This document shows, piece by piece, positions 8,603 through 16,724 of a stretch of 20,000 nucleotides of DNA. Below the pieces are notes generated by a model. The model had not been told where the DNA came from and made no database searches. It worked only from the letters and a program-made list of their open reading frames with translations. Origin of the DNA: an uncultured virus (IMG/VR IMGVR_UViG_3300044611_000703) (lineage: Duplodnaviria > Heunggongvirae > Uroviricota > Caudoviricetes); IMG/VR virus record IMGVR_UViG_3300044611_000703, positions 57,201 to 77,200 of that record. One strand, written 5' to 3'. The position numbers were made by a program, and so were the translations under genes. The stretch's first letter is position 1; every line of letters begins with the position of its first letter.

Positions 8603-9289
8603 ATGAGTAAAATATGTATTTTAACATCGTACACTGACCACATTAGATGGGAAAACTATGGAAAATGTGATTATGGAGATTTATCTTCAATAAATCATCA
8701 TGAATATTCCAATAAACACGGATACTCATATATTAAGGAAATAGTTAAAAACGATGATTATTCTGATTGGCACCCAACTTGGATAAAGATAGACGTACTT
8801 AAAAAGTATTTACCATTATTTGATTATGTTGTGTGGATAGATGCTGACGCAGTATTTGTTAATCAAAATATTAAAATTGAAGATATGATAACTGATGATG
8901 TTGATTTAGTTATCCCTAAACTTGAGGTAGACAGAGTTAGTGGTAATATGTGGACCCACACAACAACCGGATTTATGATATGGAAAAATAGTGAATGGTC
9001 AAACAATATTTTAAACACTTTATGGGACTCCCCAAAACAATTTAAATTTGAATTTTTTCATGAACAATCAAGATTAGATGAATTAATTTATGATAATTTT
9101 AAAATTAATGGTGGTGAAAACATTTTAAATAAAAATACTGTTGATATTGAATATCCTTTATTATTAGGTAATATTAGGGTATTACCATTTTCTTATCATA
9201 GATATTGGGAAGACGGTATAATAAATTATGTGTATCACGCGGGTGGTGACACACCAAGTAAATTAAATAGAATTAAAAAAGTATTATAA
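8603..9289 (+). CDS. GT34-like (GMA12/MNN10 family) glycosyltransferase
   Basis: YSNKHGYSY, WIKIDVL, DYVVWIDADAVF, TGFMIWKNSEWS, EQSRL, VYHAGG. Confidence 0.75.
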   Translation: MSKICILTSYTDHIRWENYGKCDYGDLSSINHHEYSNKHGYSYIKEIVKNDDYSDWHPTWIKIDVLKKYLPLFDYVVWIDADAVFVNQNIKIEDMITDDVDLVIPKLEVDRVSGNMWTHTTTGFMIWKNSEWSNNILNTLWDSPKQFKFEFFHEQSRLDELIYDNFKINGGENILNKNTVDIEYPLLLGNIRVLPFSYHRYWEDGIINYVYHAGGDTPSKLNRIKKVL

Positions 9290-9291
9290 TA

Positions 9292-10182
9292 ATGTTTGAA
9301 CTTAAATATATTGAAAAAAGTGAGGAAGCACCAAATGGAAAAGTTTTGGGTAAAGTTTACGAAGAGGTCTCTTGGTTATATAATGAAAATGAACTTCCTT
9401 TTATATTTGAAGTTTCAGGTGGTGGTAAAATTATTTGGTCAACGAATCTTTATCCCAATATGTGGGCATCTTGGGATACAGTTAATAACGATAATTTTGT
9501 TGTGGTAATTAAAAATAAACATGATGAAATTATATCCGAATTTAAATACGATGTTTGGGTTAATCGAAATGCCACTGAACAATTTTTTGAGACGTGGATT
9601 AAAAAAAATCCAAATACAAAAGGTATTGCAATAGGCACTCATGATGGTACATCCGGAGAATGGGTTAAACACGTAAAAAATAACTCAACTTACGCAGTTT
9701 TAGTTGAGGCATCCAAAAAACAATTTGATGAATTAACACAAAATTATTCAAATTTTAATAATGTTTCATTTAGAAACAATGTTATAACCGGTAATGGTGG
9801 TAATGTTAACTTTTATGAATTCGGAGATGGTTATACAAACACATTAAGTGAAACTCATTGTAAAAAACACGTATTTGATAATGAAGAAATTGTTGTTGTT
9901 AATGTGGATTCAATAAGTATTAATGATTTAATTATACAAGAAAATTTACAAGATACTTTAGATTGGTTACATTTAGACACTGAAGCTATTGATGACGAAA
10001 TTATAATGTCATTAGATTTTAGTAAAGTCGTCAAACCAAAATTAATCGTTTTTGAAACTATAAATTTTTGTGAAGAAAGAACAGGTAGTAGTGAAAGGAT
10101 TGATAAACTTTTTGATTGGTTAAAAATGAATGGTTATAAAGTCAAATACGATTTTTGGAATTCATTCTCCTTTTTAGAATAA
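9292..10182 (+). CDS. FkbM-like methyltransferase with N-terminal accessory domain
   Basis: IAIGTHDGTSGE, VLVEAS, LDWLHLDTEAIDDEII...KPKLIVFE, preceded by a ~90-aa beta-rich N-terminal domain. Confidence 0.7.
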   Translation: MFELKYIEKSEEAPNGKVLGKVYEEVSWLYNENELPFIFEVSGGGKIIWSTNLYPNMWASWDTVNNDNFVVVIKNKHDEIISEFKYDVWVNRNATEQFFETWIKKNPNTKGIAIGTHDGTSGEWVKHVKNNSTYAVLVEASKKQFDELTQNYSNFNNVSFRNNVITGNGGNVNFYEFGDGYTNTLSETHCKKHVFDNEEIVVVNVDSISINDLIIQENLQDTLDWLHLDTEAIDDEIIMSLDFSKVVKPKLIVFETINFCEERTGSSERIDKLFDWLKMNGYKVKYDFWNSFSFLE

Positions 10183-10183
10183 A

Positions 10184-11152
10184 ATGAAAACATTATTAAT
10201 AATTACACCACATATGTCAACAGGTGGATGCCCTCAAGTGGTATCTAAAAAAGTTGAACTACTTAAAGATGTTTATAACGTAATAGTTGTAGAATGGGAA
10301 TGTGTTGCGTGGAATTATATTGTTCAAAGAAATAATGTTATAAACATGATTGGGGATAAATTTATAACATTGAATGAAGATAAAGAAACGGAATTGTTTG
10401 AACTAATTGATAACCATGATTCACCACACATTATGATTGAAGAATTTTCAGAAACATTTATGTCAACTGAAATTATGGAACGGTTATATGATAAAAATAG
10501 GACTTATAAAATATTTGAAACCACACATAGTTCCCACTCTATGCCTGATTGGAAAAGGTTTTTACCTGATAAATTCATTTTTGTATCGCCTTACTCATTG
10601 AAAGTTTTTGAAGAATTGGGTGTACCAATGGATTTAATTGAATATCCTATAGAGATTAAACAACCAAATAAAATCGATAACATTATTAAATTAGGATTAG
10701 ACCCAAATTATAAACACATAATCAATATTGGTTTATTCACTTGGGGTAAAAATCAAGGGTATGCCTTTGAAATCGCGAGAATGTTAGAAAGATACGAAAT
10801 AACGTTTCATTTTATTGGTAATCAAGCCAGCAACTTTAAAGATTATTGGGAACCAATAATAGAGGATAAACCTAATAATTGTATTATTTGGGGGGAAAGA
10901 AATGATGTTGATTTATTTATCCAATCTTGCGACGTACATTTATTTACATCAAGATTAGAACTTAATCCAATATCAATTAAAGAAAGTTTAGAGTATGAAA
11001 AACCAACATTAATGTTTAATTTAGAAACTTATTTGGATAAATACGATAACACTAAAAATATACATTTTTTAACGGGAGATTTATTTAATGATTGTAACAC
11101 TCTACTTCGTGTATTAAACTTAACAGAATTAGAACAACCTAAAATAAATTAA
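10184..11152 (+). CDS. GT4-family glycosyltransferase
   Basis: TPHMSTGGCPQ, FIFVSPY, INIGLFTWGKNQ, WGERNDV, DVHLFTSRLELNPISIKES. Confidence 0.8.
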   Translation: MKTLLIITPHMSTGGCPQVVSKKVELLKDVYNVIVVEWECVAWNYIVQRNNVINMIGDKFITLNEDKETELFELIDNHDSPHIMIEEFSETFMSTEIMERLYDKNRTYKIFETTHSSHSMPDWKRFLPDKFIFVSPYSLKVFEELGVPMDLIEYPIEIKQPNKIDNIIKLGLDPNYKHIINIGLFTWGKNQGYAFEIARMLERYEITFHFIGNQASNFKDYWEPIIEDKPNNCIIWGERNDVDLFIQSCDVHLFTSRLELNPISIKESLEYEKPTLMFNLETYLDKYDNTKNIHFLTGDLFNDCNTLLRVLNLTELEQPKIN

Positions 11153-11194
11153 TTTAAAATTACACAATTTAAAAATATCAACTAAAATTACAAC

Positions 11195-11839
11195 ATGGAA
11201 GAAAAATTTAAAAACATAGACGAACAAAGATTGTGGAATGACGAAAAAATGTGGGAGAATGATGGACATGAATGGTCAAAATCTTTTGGCACCACAGAAA
11301 ATCTTTGGAATAATTATATCTTTGATGATATTAAAGAATTTAGAGGTAAAAAAATATTAGAGATTGCTCCCGGTTATGGTAGAATAACTCAATTTCTTTC
11401 AATTTTGGCATCCAAACTAATTGTTATTGATTTAAATGAAAATTGTATAAATAAAACAAGAGAAAAATTAGGACACCATGTGTCAGAATATTTTGTTAAC
11501 AATGGGAATGATTTAACACAAATTAGTGATGATAGTCAAGATTTAGTATTTTCATACGATTCTTTTGTTCACATACACAAAAACGTTATTGATGATTATC
11601 TAAAAGAAATATATCGAGTTTTAAAACCCGGTGGTAAATCATATATTCACCATTCATGGTTATATTTAGGTAATGATTATTCATTTAAAAATATTGCCGG
11701 TAGAGCAGATATGAACCCTGATTTATTTAAATCTTTGGTTGAAAAACATAATATGAAAATTGTTGAACAAAAAACCATAAAATTTAATCCATTAAGTAAT
11801 TGGGATGGTACGGATAGTATAACTATATTTACAAAATAA
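11195..11839 (+). CDS. Class I SAM-dependent methyltransferase (Methyltransf_11/25-like)
   Basis: ILEIAPGYGRIT, VIDLNE, DLVFSYDSFVHI, EIYRVLKPGG. Confidence 0.85.
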   Translation: MEEKFKNIDEQRLWNDEKMWENDGHEWSKSFGTTENLWNNYIFDDIKEFRGKKILEIAPGYGRITQFLSILASKLIVIDLNENCINKTREKLGHHVSEYFVNNGNDLTQISDDSQDLVFSYDSFVHIHKNVIDDYLKEIYRVLKPGGKSYIHHSWLYLGNDYSFKNIAGRADMNPDLFKSLVEKHNMKIVEQKTIKFNPLSNWDGTDSITIFTK

Positions 11840-11843
11840 TATA

Positions 11844-13016
11844 ATGATGAACATAATTAAAATTAATGATAGTGAGTTTGATGTTACCTCACCAACAAAC
11901 AACGAGTTTACAAAACAATATATTGAATCTTTTGGTGATGAAATAAATGTCAGTGTTGAGTGGTCTCATGTTAATGGATTTTATTTAAATTTAAAATCTA
12001 ACACTAATGAAGAGTTTGATGTTGAAATATTTGACAATAATGACGTTTTATTATATAAAAGTAAATTAAGTAACAATATGTTCTGTCGAACATATAGACA
12101 ATATTTTAATGGTATTAAATATAGAATTTCTAAAGGTTCTTTTATTATTAAAGAAGAGACAATTTCATTTAAAGGTAAAAAAGTTTTTATAACGTTTGAA
12201 TCCTCTTCATTAGGTGACACCATCTCTTGGATTCCTTATTGTGATGAGTTTAGAAAGAAACATGATTGTGAAGTGGTTGTTTCAACATTTTTAAATCATT
12301 TATTTGAAAAATCATATCCAAATTTACAATTCGTTAAACCTGGTCAAGTTGTTAATAATATTCACGCAATGTTTAAAGTAGGGTGGTTTTATAATGATTC
12401 ATTAGAACCCGTAAATCCGGCAACAATCCCATTACAAAAAACCATAACTAATATATTAGGTTTGGAACATAAAGAAATTAAAACACACATTGATTTTGAA
12501 CCTATTGAACGACCTTATAAAGAAAAATATATTACAATAGCTACTAATTCAACTGCTGGGTGTAAATTATGGAATAACCCATCAGGTTGGTCCGAATTAG
12601 TTAAATATCTAATAGATAAAGGATATAAAGTCATTAATGTTTCAAAAAATGGTGACACCTATAAAGGTGTTGAGAATCTTAAAGATGATTCATTAGGAAA
12701 TACAATGAATGTTATTCACCATAGTGATTTCTTTATTGGACTGTCAAGTGGACTATCTTGGTTATCATGGGCGTTAAATAAAAATGTTGTGATGATATCA
12801 AACTTTACTTTACCGGACCATGAGTTTATTATTAATTGTACCAGAATTATCAACAAAAACTCATGTAATGGATGTTGGAACAATCCCGAATACACATTTG
12901 ATAAAGGAGATTGGAATTGGTGTCCAATAAATAAAGGAACTAAAAAACAATTTGAATGTCATAAATCAATAACCTCTAAAATGGTTATTGACCAAATACA
13001 AGATTTAATAAAATGA
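11844..13016 (+). CDS. AAH/TibC-family (autotransporter strand-loop-strand) O-heptosyltransferase homolog
   Basis: N-terminal beta domain, then VFITFESSSLGDTISWIPY, KLWNNPSGW, FFIGLSSGLSWLSWA, VMISNFTLPDHEF, and the iron-finger-type CNGCWN...WCP...QFECHKSIT. Confidence 0.85.
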   Translation: MMNIIKINDSEFDVTSPTNNEFTKQYIESFGDEINVSVEWSHVNGFYLNLKSNTNEEFDVEIFDNNDVLLYKSKLSNNMFCRTYRQYFNGIKYRISKGSFIIKEETISFKGKKVFITFESSSLGDTISWIPYCDEFRKKHDCEVVVSTFLNHLFEKSYPNLQFVKPGQVVNNIHAMFKVGWFYNDSLEPVNPATIPLQKTITNILGLEHKEIKTHIDFEPIERPYKEKYITIATNSTAGCKLWNNPSGWSELVKYLIDKGYKVINVSKNGDTYKGVENLKDDSLGNTMNVIHHSDFFIGLSSGLSWLSWALNKNVVMISNFTLPDHEFIINCTRIINKNSCNGCWNNPEYTFDKGDWNWCPINKGTKKQFECHKSITSKMVIDQIQDLIK

Positions 13017-13690
13017 AATTAAACGATTTTGATTGGGGATGGATGGAGCAAACCGAAGAAGGTCTCTCTCATAAAGAACTTATAACCAGAGAAACATTTA
13101 TCGATAAAATATATGAAAAATTTTTTGAGGTATCTGAAGGGGATATTGTATTAGATTTTGGTGCCAGTGTTGGCCCATTTACGTATAGTATTTTATCTAA
13201 AAAACCAAAACATGTATATTGTCTTGAACCAAGTGAACATGAATTTCCTACATTAGTTAAGAATACGATTGGTTATCCGGTAACACCTATATTAAAAGGT
13301 GTTTCCAATACGAATACATATACCGATTGTGATTACATATATGGTGGGACAAAACAAATGGAAGGGATTACATTTAAAAAACTTTGCGAATTATATAATT
13401 TAGAAACCATAGATTTTTTAAAGACCGATTGTGAGGGTGGTGAATATGATATATTCAATGATGAAAATTTTGAATTTATTAAAAACAATGTTAAAAAAAT
13501 TGTTGGAGAATGGCATTTAGGTGGACCTATTTTAAACGAAAAATTTAAAAAATTTAGAGACACTTACCTACAATATTTTGTAAATTTTGAGGTCTACTCA
13601 ATTGATGGTGTTAATATTAAATGGAATTTAATGTCTGATAATTTTTTAAAACATTACACAGAAATAATAATATACATAGATAACATTTAA
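13013..13690 (+). CDS. FkbM-family methyltransferase
   Basis: IVLDFGASVGPFT, YCLEPS, IDFLKTDCEGGEY, IVGEWH. 4-nt overlap with the upstream gene. Confidence 0.85.
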   Translation: MKLNDFDWGWMEQTEEGLSHKELITRETFIDKIYEKFFEVSEGDIVLDFGASVGPFTYSILSKKPKHVYCLEPSEHEFPTLVKNTIGYPVTPILKGVSNTNTYTDCDYIYGGTKQMEGITFKKLCELYNLETIDFLKTDCEGGEYDIFNDENFEFIKNNVKKIVGEWHLGGPILNEKFKKFRDTYLQYFVNFEVYSIDGVNIKWNLMSDNFLKHYTEIIIYIDNI

Positions 13691-13694
13691 TAAA

Positions 13695-14513
13695 ATGAAG
13701 AAAATATTTTTTAACTCATCTCTACCAAGAAGTGGAAGCACACTAATACAGAATTTGTTAGCACAAAACCCTGAAATTTATTCAACACCAACATCAGGTT
13801 TGGTAGATTTTGTAATTGCCTGTAAAAATAACTATAATCATTCACAAGCATTTCAAGCACAAGACCAAGATGAAATGACCAAAGCATTTGTTGATTTTTG
13901 TAAAGATGGAATGCAAGGTTATTTTAAACGATTAACTGATAAACCAATCGTTATGGATAAAAGTAGAGAGTGGGGAATTAACTATGGTTTAATAGAAATG
14001 TTACAAGATGAACCAAAAATAATTTGTATGGTTAGAGACATCAGAGCCATCTATTCTTCTATGGAAAAAAATTTCCGTAAAAATCCTCATAGAGAAAATG
14101 GTATTCAAAATCCGGCTCAATTAGTTGGAACAACTTTAAATAAACGTGTTGATATTTGGGCTAGTGGTATTCCTGTTGGTGTTGCAATTGATAGATTACA
14201 AGATATCATTCAACAAAACATTGATAATAAAATGTTATTTATTCGTTATGAAGATTTAATGGATAATCCGGTAGACGAAATGACAAGGATATATGAATAT
14301 TTGGGAATTCCATATTATGAAGGACACGACTTTGAGAATATATCTCAATTAACTCATGAAGATGATAGAGTACATGGGATATTTGGTGACCATCAATTAA
14401 GACCTAAATTTGAAAGAAAACCGGATGATTATATGGAAGTGTTGGGGTATGAGATATCAATGAACATTAAAAATCATTATAAATGGTTTTATGATTATTT
14501 TGGATATGTATAA
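13695..14513 (+). CDS. PAPS-dependent sulfotransferase (Sulfotransfer_3-like)
   Basis: 5'-PSB loop SLPRSGSTL, DKSR, 3'-PB motif KIICMVRDIRAIYSS, FIRYEDLMDNP. Confidence 0.9.
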   Translation: MKKIFFNSSLPRSGSTLIQNLLAQNPEIYSTPTSGLVDFVIACKNNYNHSQAFQAQDQDEMTKAFVDFCKDGMQGYFKRLTDKPIVMDKSREWGINYGLIEMLQDEPKIICMVRDIRAIYSSMEKNFRKNPHRENGIQNPAQLVGTTLNKRVDIWASGIPVGVAIDRLQDIIQQNIDNKMLFIRYEDLMDNPVDEMTRIYEYLGIPYYEGHDFENISQLTHEDDRVHGIFGDHQLRPKFERKPDDYMEVLGYEISMNIKNHYKWFYDYFGYV

Positions 14514-14525
14514 AAAATTTTAATT

Positions 14526-14984
14526 ATGATATATTGGTTTACAGGTCAACCCGGAGCAGGTAAGACCACATTAGCAAAACAACTTAAAGATTATCTACAC
14601 CCAAGTAATACAATACTTGTTGATGGTGATGATATTAGAGATGTCTTTCAAAATAAAGATTACTCTGAAGTAGGAAGAAGAAAAAATATTGAGAAAGCAC
14701 AAGACATTTCATTATTTTTAGATTCAAAAGGATTTGATGTGATAGTTTCATTAGTATCACCTTATAAAGACCAACGTGATGAATTTAAAAACAAACATAA
14801 TGTTTTAGAGTTTTATGTTCATACCGAAGATATTAGAGGTAGAGAAGATTATCATGTTTCCAATTATGAACCACCAACAGAAAACTTTGTGGATGTAAAC
14901 ACAACAAATGTTGCCGAACAAAAATCGTTAGGTAACATTATTAATAAAATTAATGAATTTAAAACAAATGGAAAATTGGAGTAA
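14526..14984 (+). CDS. cysC: Adenylyl-sulfate (APS) kinase
   Basis: WFTGQPGAGKTT P-loop, LVDGDDIR, YSEVGRRKNI, VIVSLVSPY, YEPP. Short (152 aa), with a reduced lid region. Confidence 0.9.
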   Translation: MIYWFTGQPGAGKTTLAKQLKDYLHPSNTILVDGDDIRDVFQNKDYSEVGRRKNIEKAQDISLFLDSKGFDVIVSLVSPYKDQRDEFKNKHNVLEFYVHTEDIRGREDYHVSNYEPPTENFVDVNTTNVAEQKSLGNIINKINEFKTNGKLE

Positions 14985-15363
14985 AAAAATACATGTAGGT
15001 TCATCATTACCATCAAAGGATGGTCAATTCGCAATGTTTGTTGGTAGATGGCAACCATTACATTTGGGTCACCAAGAATTGTTTAAAAGAGCAATGGATG
15101 AAGGTAAGAATGTTTTAATCTGTATTAGAGATATACAACCGGACGAGAAAAATCCGTTTACTGCAGAACAAGTTAGAGAGAACATCTCAAACTTTTATTC
15201 AGAAGAAGAAAGAGTTAAAGTTATGGTTATTCCTGATATTTGTTCAATTGAGTTTGGTAGAGGCGTTGGATATGATATTATTGAACATATTCCACCACAA
15301 GAAATTCACGATATATCTGCAACAAAGATTAGAGAACAAATGAAAAAAGAAGGTAAGTTATGA
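14968..15363 (+). CDS. Small HxGH (cytidylyltransferase-like) nucleotidyltransferase; candidate minimal sulfate adenylyltransferase
   Basis: FVGRWQPLHLGH, NPFT, ISATKIR motifs. Likely start is ATG 14968 (track gives 14953). Overlaps the cysC stop. Confidence 0.75.
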   Translation: MENWSKKIHVGSSLPSKDGQFAMFVGRWQPLHLGHQELFKRAMDEGKNVLICIRDIQPDEKNPFTAEQVRENISNFYSEEERVKVMVIPDICSIEFGRGVGYDIIEHIPPQEIHDISATKIREQMKKEGKL

Positions 15364-15593
15364 TTGATGTTAAATTAAGATATAATACACTTTGTGATGA
15401 TAATCACTTGTTTTGGAGAATATTAATTGATGGTGTTGAAAACGTTGCATCAAATGTAATTTTTGAAATACCTCCCCATACAACAAGAGATATTGTCTAT
15501 GACCCATCAAGAAACACAGATGTGGATAAACACCACCTTAGCTGCACCGCAAATGAGGTGATTTGGAAAGGTGATGTAGTAATTGTTAGATAA
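15360..15593 (+). CDS. Hypothetical protein (77 aa)
   Basis: Overlaps both neighbours (translational coupling). No family recognised. Confidence 0.65.
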   Translation: MIDVKLRYNTLCDDNHLFWRILIDGVENVASNVIFEIPPHTTRDIVYDPSRNTDVDKHHLSCTANEVIWKGDVVIVR

Positions 15594-15811
15594 TGAAAGT
15601 AGAAGTTAAAAGACACGTAGGTAAAGCCATAAGTTATAGAATGTTAGGGACATTACAAACCTGTATAATCTCTTACCTATTTACAGGTAATTTTTTAGTT
15701 TCAGGTAGTATTGGATTGACAGAATTATGTATAAAACCATTAATATATTTTCTACACGAAAGAGTGTGGTATAAATGGATAAAATTTGGATTAAAAGAAA
15801 ATAAAGAATAA
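15593..15811 (+). CDS. DUF2061-family small membrane protein
   Basis: KRHVGKAISYRMLGT...GLTELCIKPLIYFLHERVW matches the DUF2061 pattern KAxSxRxxGT...YxxHERxW. Two hydrophobic segments. Confidence 0.85.
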   Translation: MKVEVKRHVGKAISYRMLGTLQTCIISYLFTGNFLVSGSIGLTELCIKPLIYFLHERVWYKWIKFGLKENKE

Positions 15812-15812
15812 T

Positions 15813-16688
15813 ATGAATGTAATTTTTCAAATAGATGGGGGACTTGGTAAGAATATCATGGCGACCGCAGTATTAAAAGCTATAAAAAAACAATATAGTA
15901 AAGCAAATATAATTGTTGTTAGTAGTTATCCGGATGTTTTCATCGGTAATCCAAATGTTAATAAAGTATTAACTCATGAAACAATGAGTGGAATATATGA
16001 AAAATATATTATGGGTAAAGAATCTAAAGTATTTGTTACAGACCCATACACAACATCAAGTTATATCACCGAAGAAAAACATCTTATTCAGTTATGGTGT
16101 GAAATGTATGGTTTAAATTATGATGGAGAAAAACCGGAGTTGTTTATTACTAAAGCCGAAAGACAATATTTTGAATCGTTCTATAAATTAGACAAACCAA
16201 TTATGGTTATTCAACCACACGGGGGAGCGTTTAATCAACCTTTAAAATATAGTTGGACAAGAGATATTCCCCAACCAATAATGCAAGACATTATTAATCA
16301 TTATGCTAAAGATTATGCTATATTACACGTTAAAAGAGAAGACCAAATAATCTATGAAAATACATTTCAAGCATTAGATTCTTTCAGAAGTATCGCGGTG
16401 TTATTAAGTATGTCAACAAAAAGATTATTAATTGATAGTAGTGTAATGCACATCGCCACGGCTTTAAACTTACCATCTGTCGTTACTTGGGTTGGGACTA
16501 ACCCTAAAGTATTTGGTTTTGATATCCATAATAATATTATTGCAAATGAACCAACAAAAAAACCTGATTTGAATCATCCTCATTATTCTAAATATCTATT
16601 ATTCCAAGACATAAGTAGTATACCTTATAATGACTTATACGAAGTATTTGACATTCAGAAAATAGTTGACGCTATTGACCAACAATAA
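15813..16688 (+). CDS. GT9-like (heptosyltransferase-like) glycosyltransferase
   Basis: IDGGLGKNIMATAVLKAIKKQY, YPDVFIGNPNV, LLIDSSVMHIATALNLPSVVTW. Confidence 0.75.
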   Translation: MNVIFQIDGGLGKNIMATAVLKAIKKQYSKANIIVVSSYPDVFIGNPNVNKVLTHETMSGIYEKYIMGKESKVFVTDPYTTSSYITEEKHLIQLWCEMYGLNYDGEKPELFITKAERQYFESFYKLDKPIMVIQPHGGAFNQPLKYSWTRDIPQPIMQDIINHYAKDYAILHVKREDQIIYENTFQALDSFRSIAVLLSMSTKRLLIDSSVMHIATALNLPSVVTWVGTNPKVFGFDIHNNIIANEPTKKPDLNHPHYSKYLLFQDISSIPYNDLYEVFDIQKIVDAIDQQ

Positions 16689-16724
16689 AAAAAACCCCCA
16701 CGTTAAGTGAGGGTTTTTATTTTT
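16687..16724. terminator. Bidirectional intrinsic terminator between convergent genes
   Basis: AAAAACCCCCAC-gttaa-GTGAGGGTTTTT hairpin (12-bp stem, one mismatch) with an A-tract on the left and a T-tract on the right, between stops at 16688 (+) and 16723 (-). Confidence 0.8.

Noticed and set aside
3789..13690. DNA methylation / restriction-modification or DNA hypermodification cluster
   Set aside because: The methyltransferases lack DPPY/NPPY or PC motifs, and no nuclease or base-hydroxymethylase gene is seen.
1875..15058. Short nested or antisense ORFs (1875..2351, 5112..5366, 7583..7771, 9296..9508, 9439..9672, 9450..9638, 11981..12223, 13333..13563, 14864..15058)
   Set aside because: They lie wholly within well-supported genes, have no recognisable motifs, and show shadow-frame composition.
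3789..16688. Ordinary bacterial O-antigen/capsule/LPS-core locus
   Set aside because: There are no transport, polymerase, initiating transferase or nucleotide-sugar synthesis genes, and protein-directed GT families and fibre-like genes are present instead. Not fully excluded without flanking sequence.
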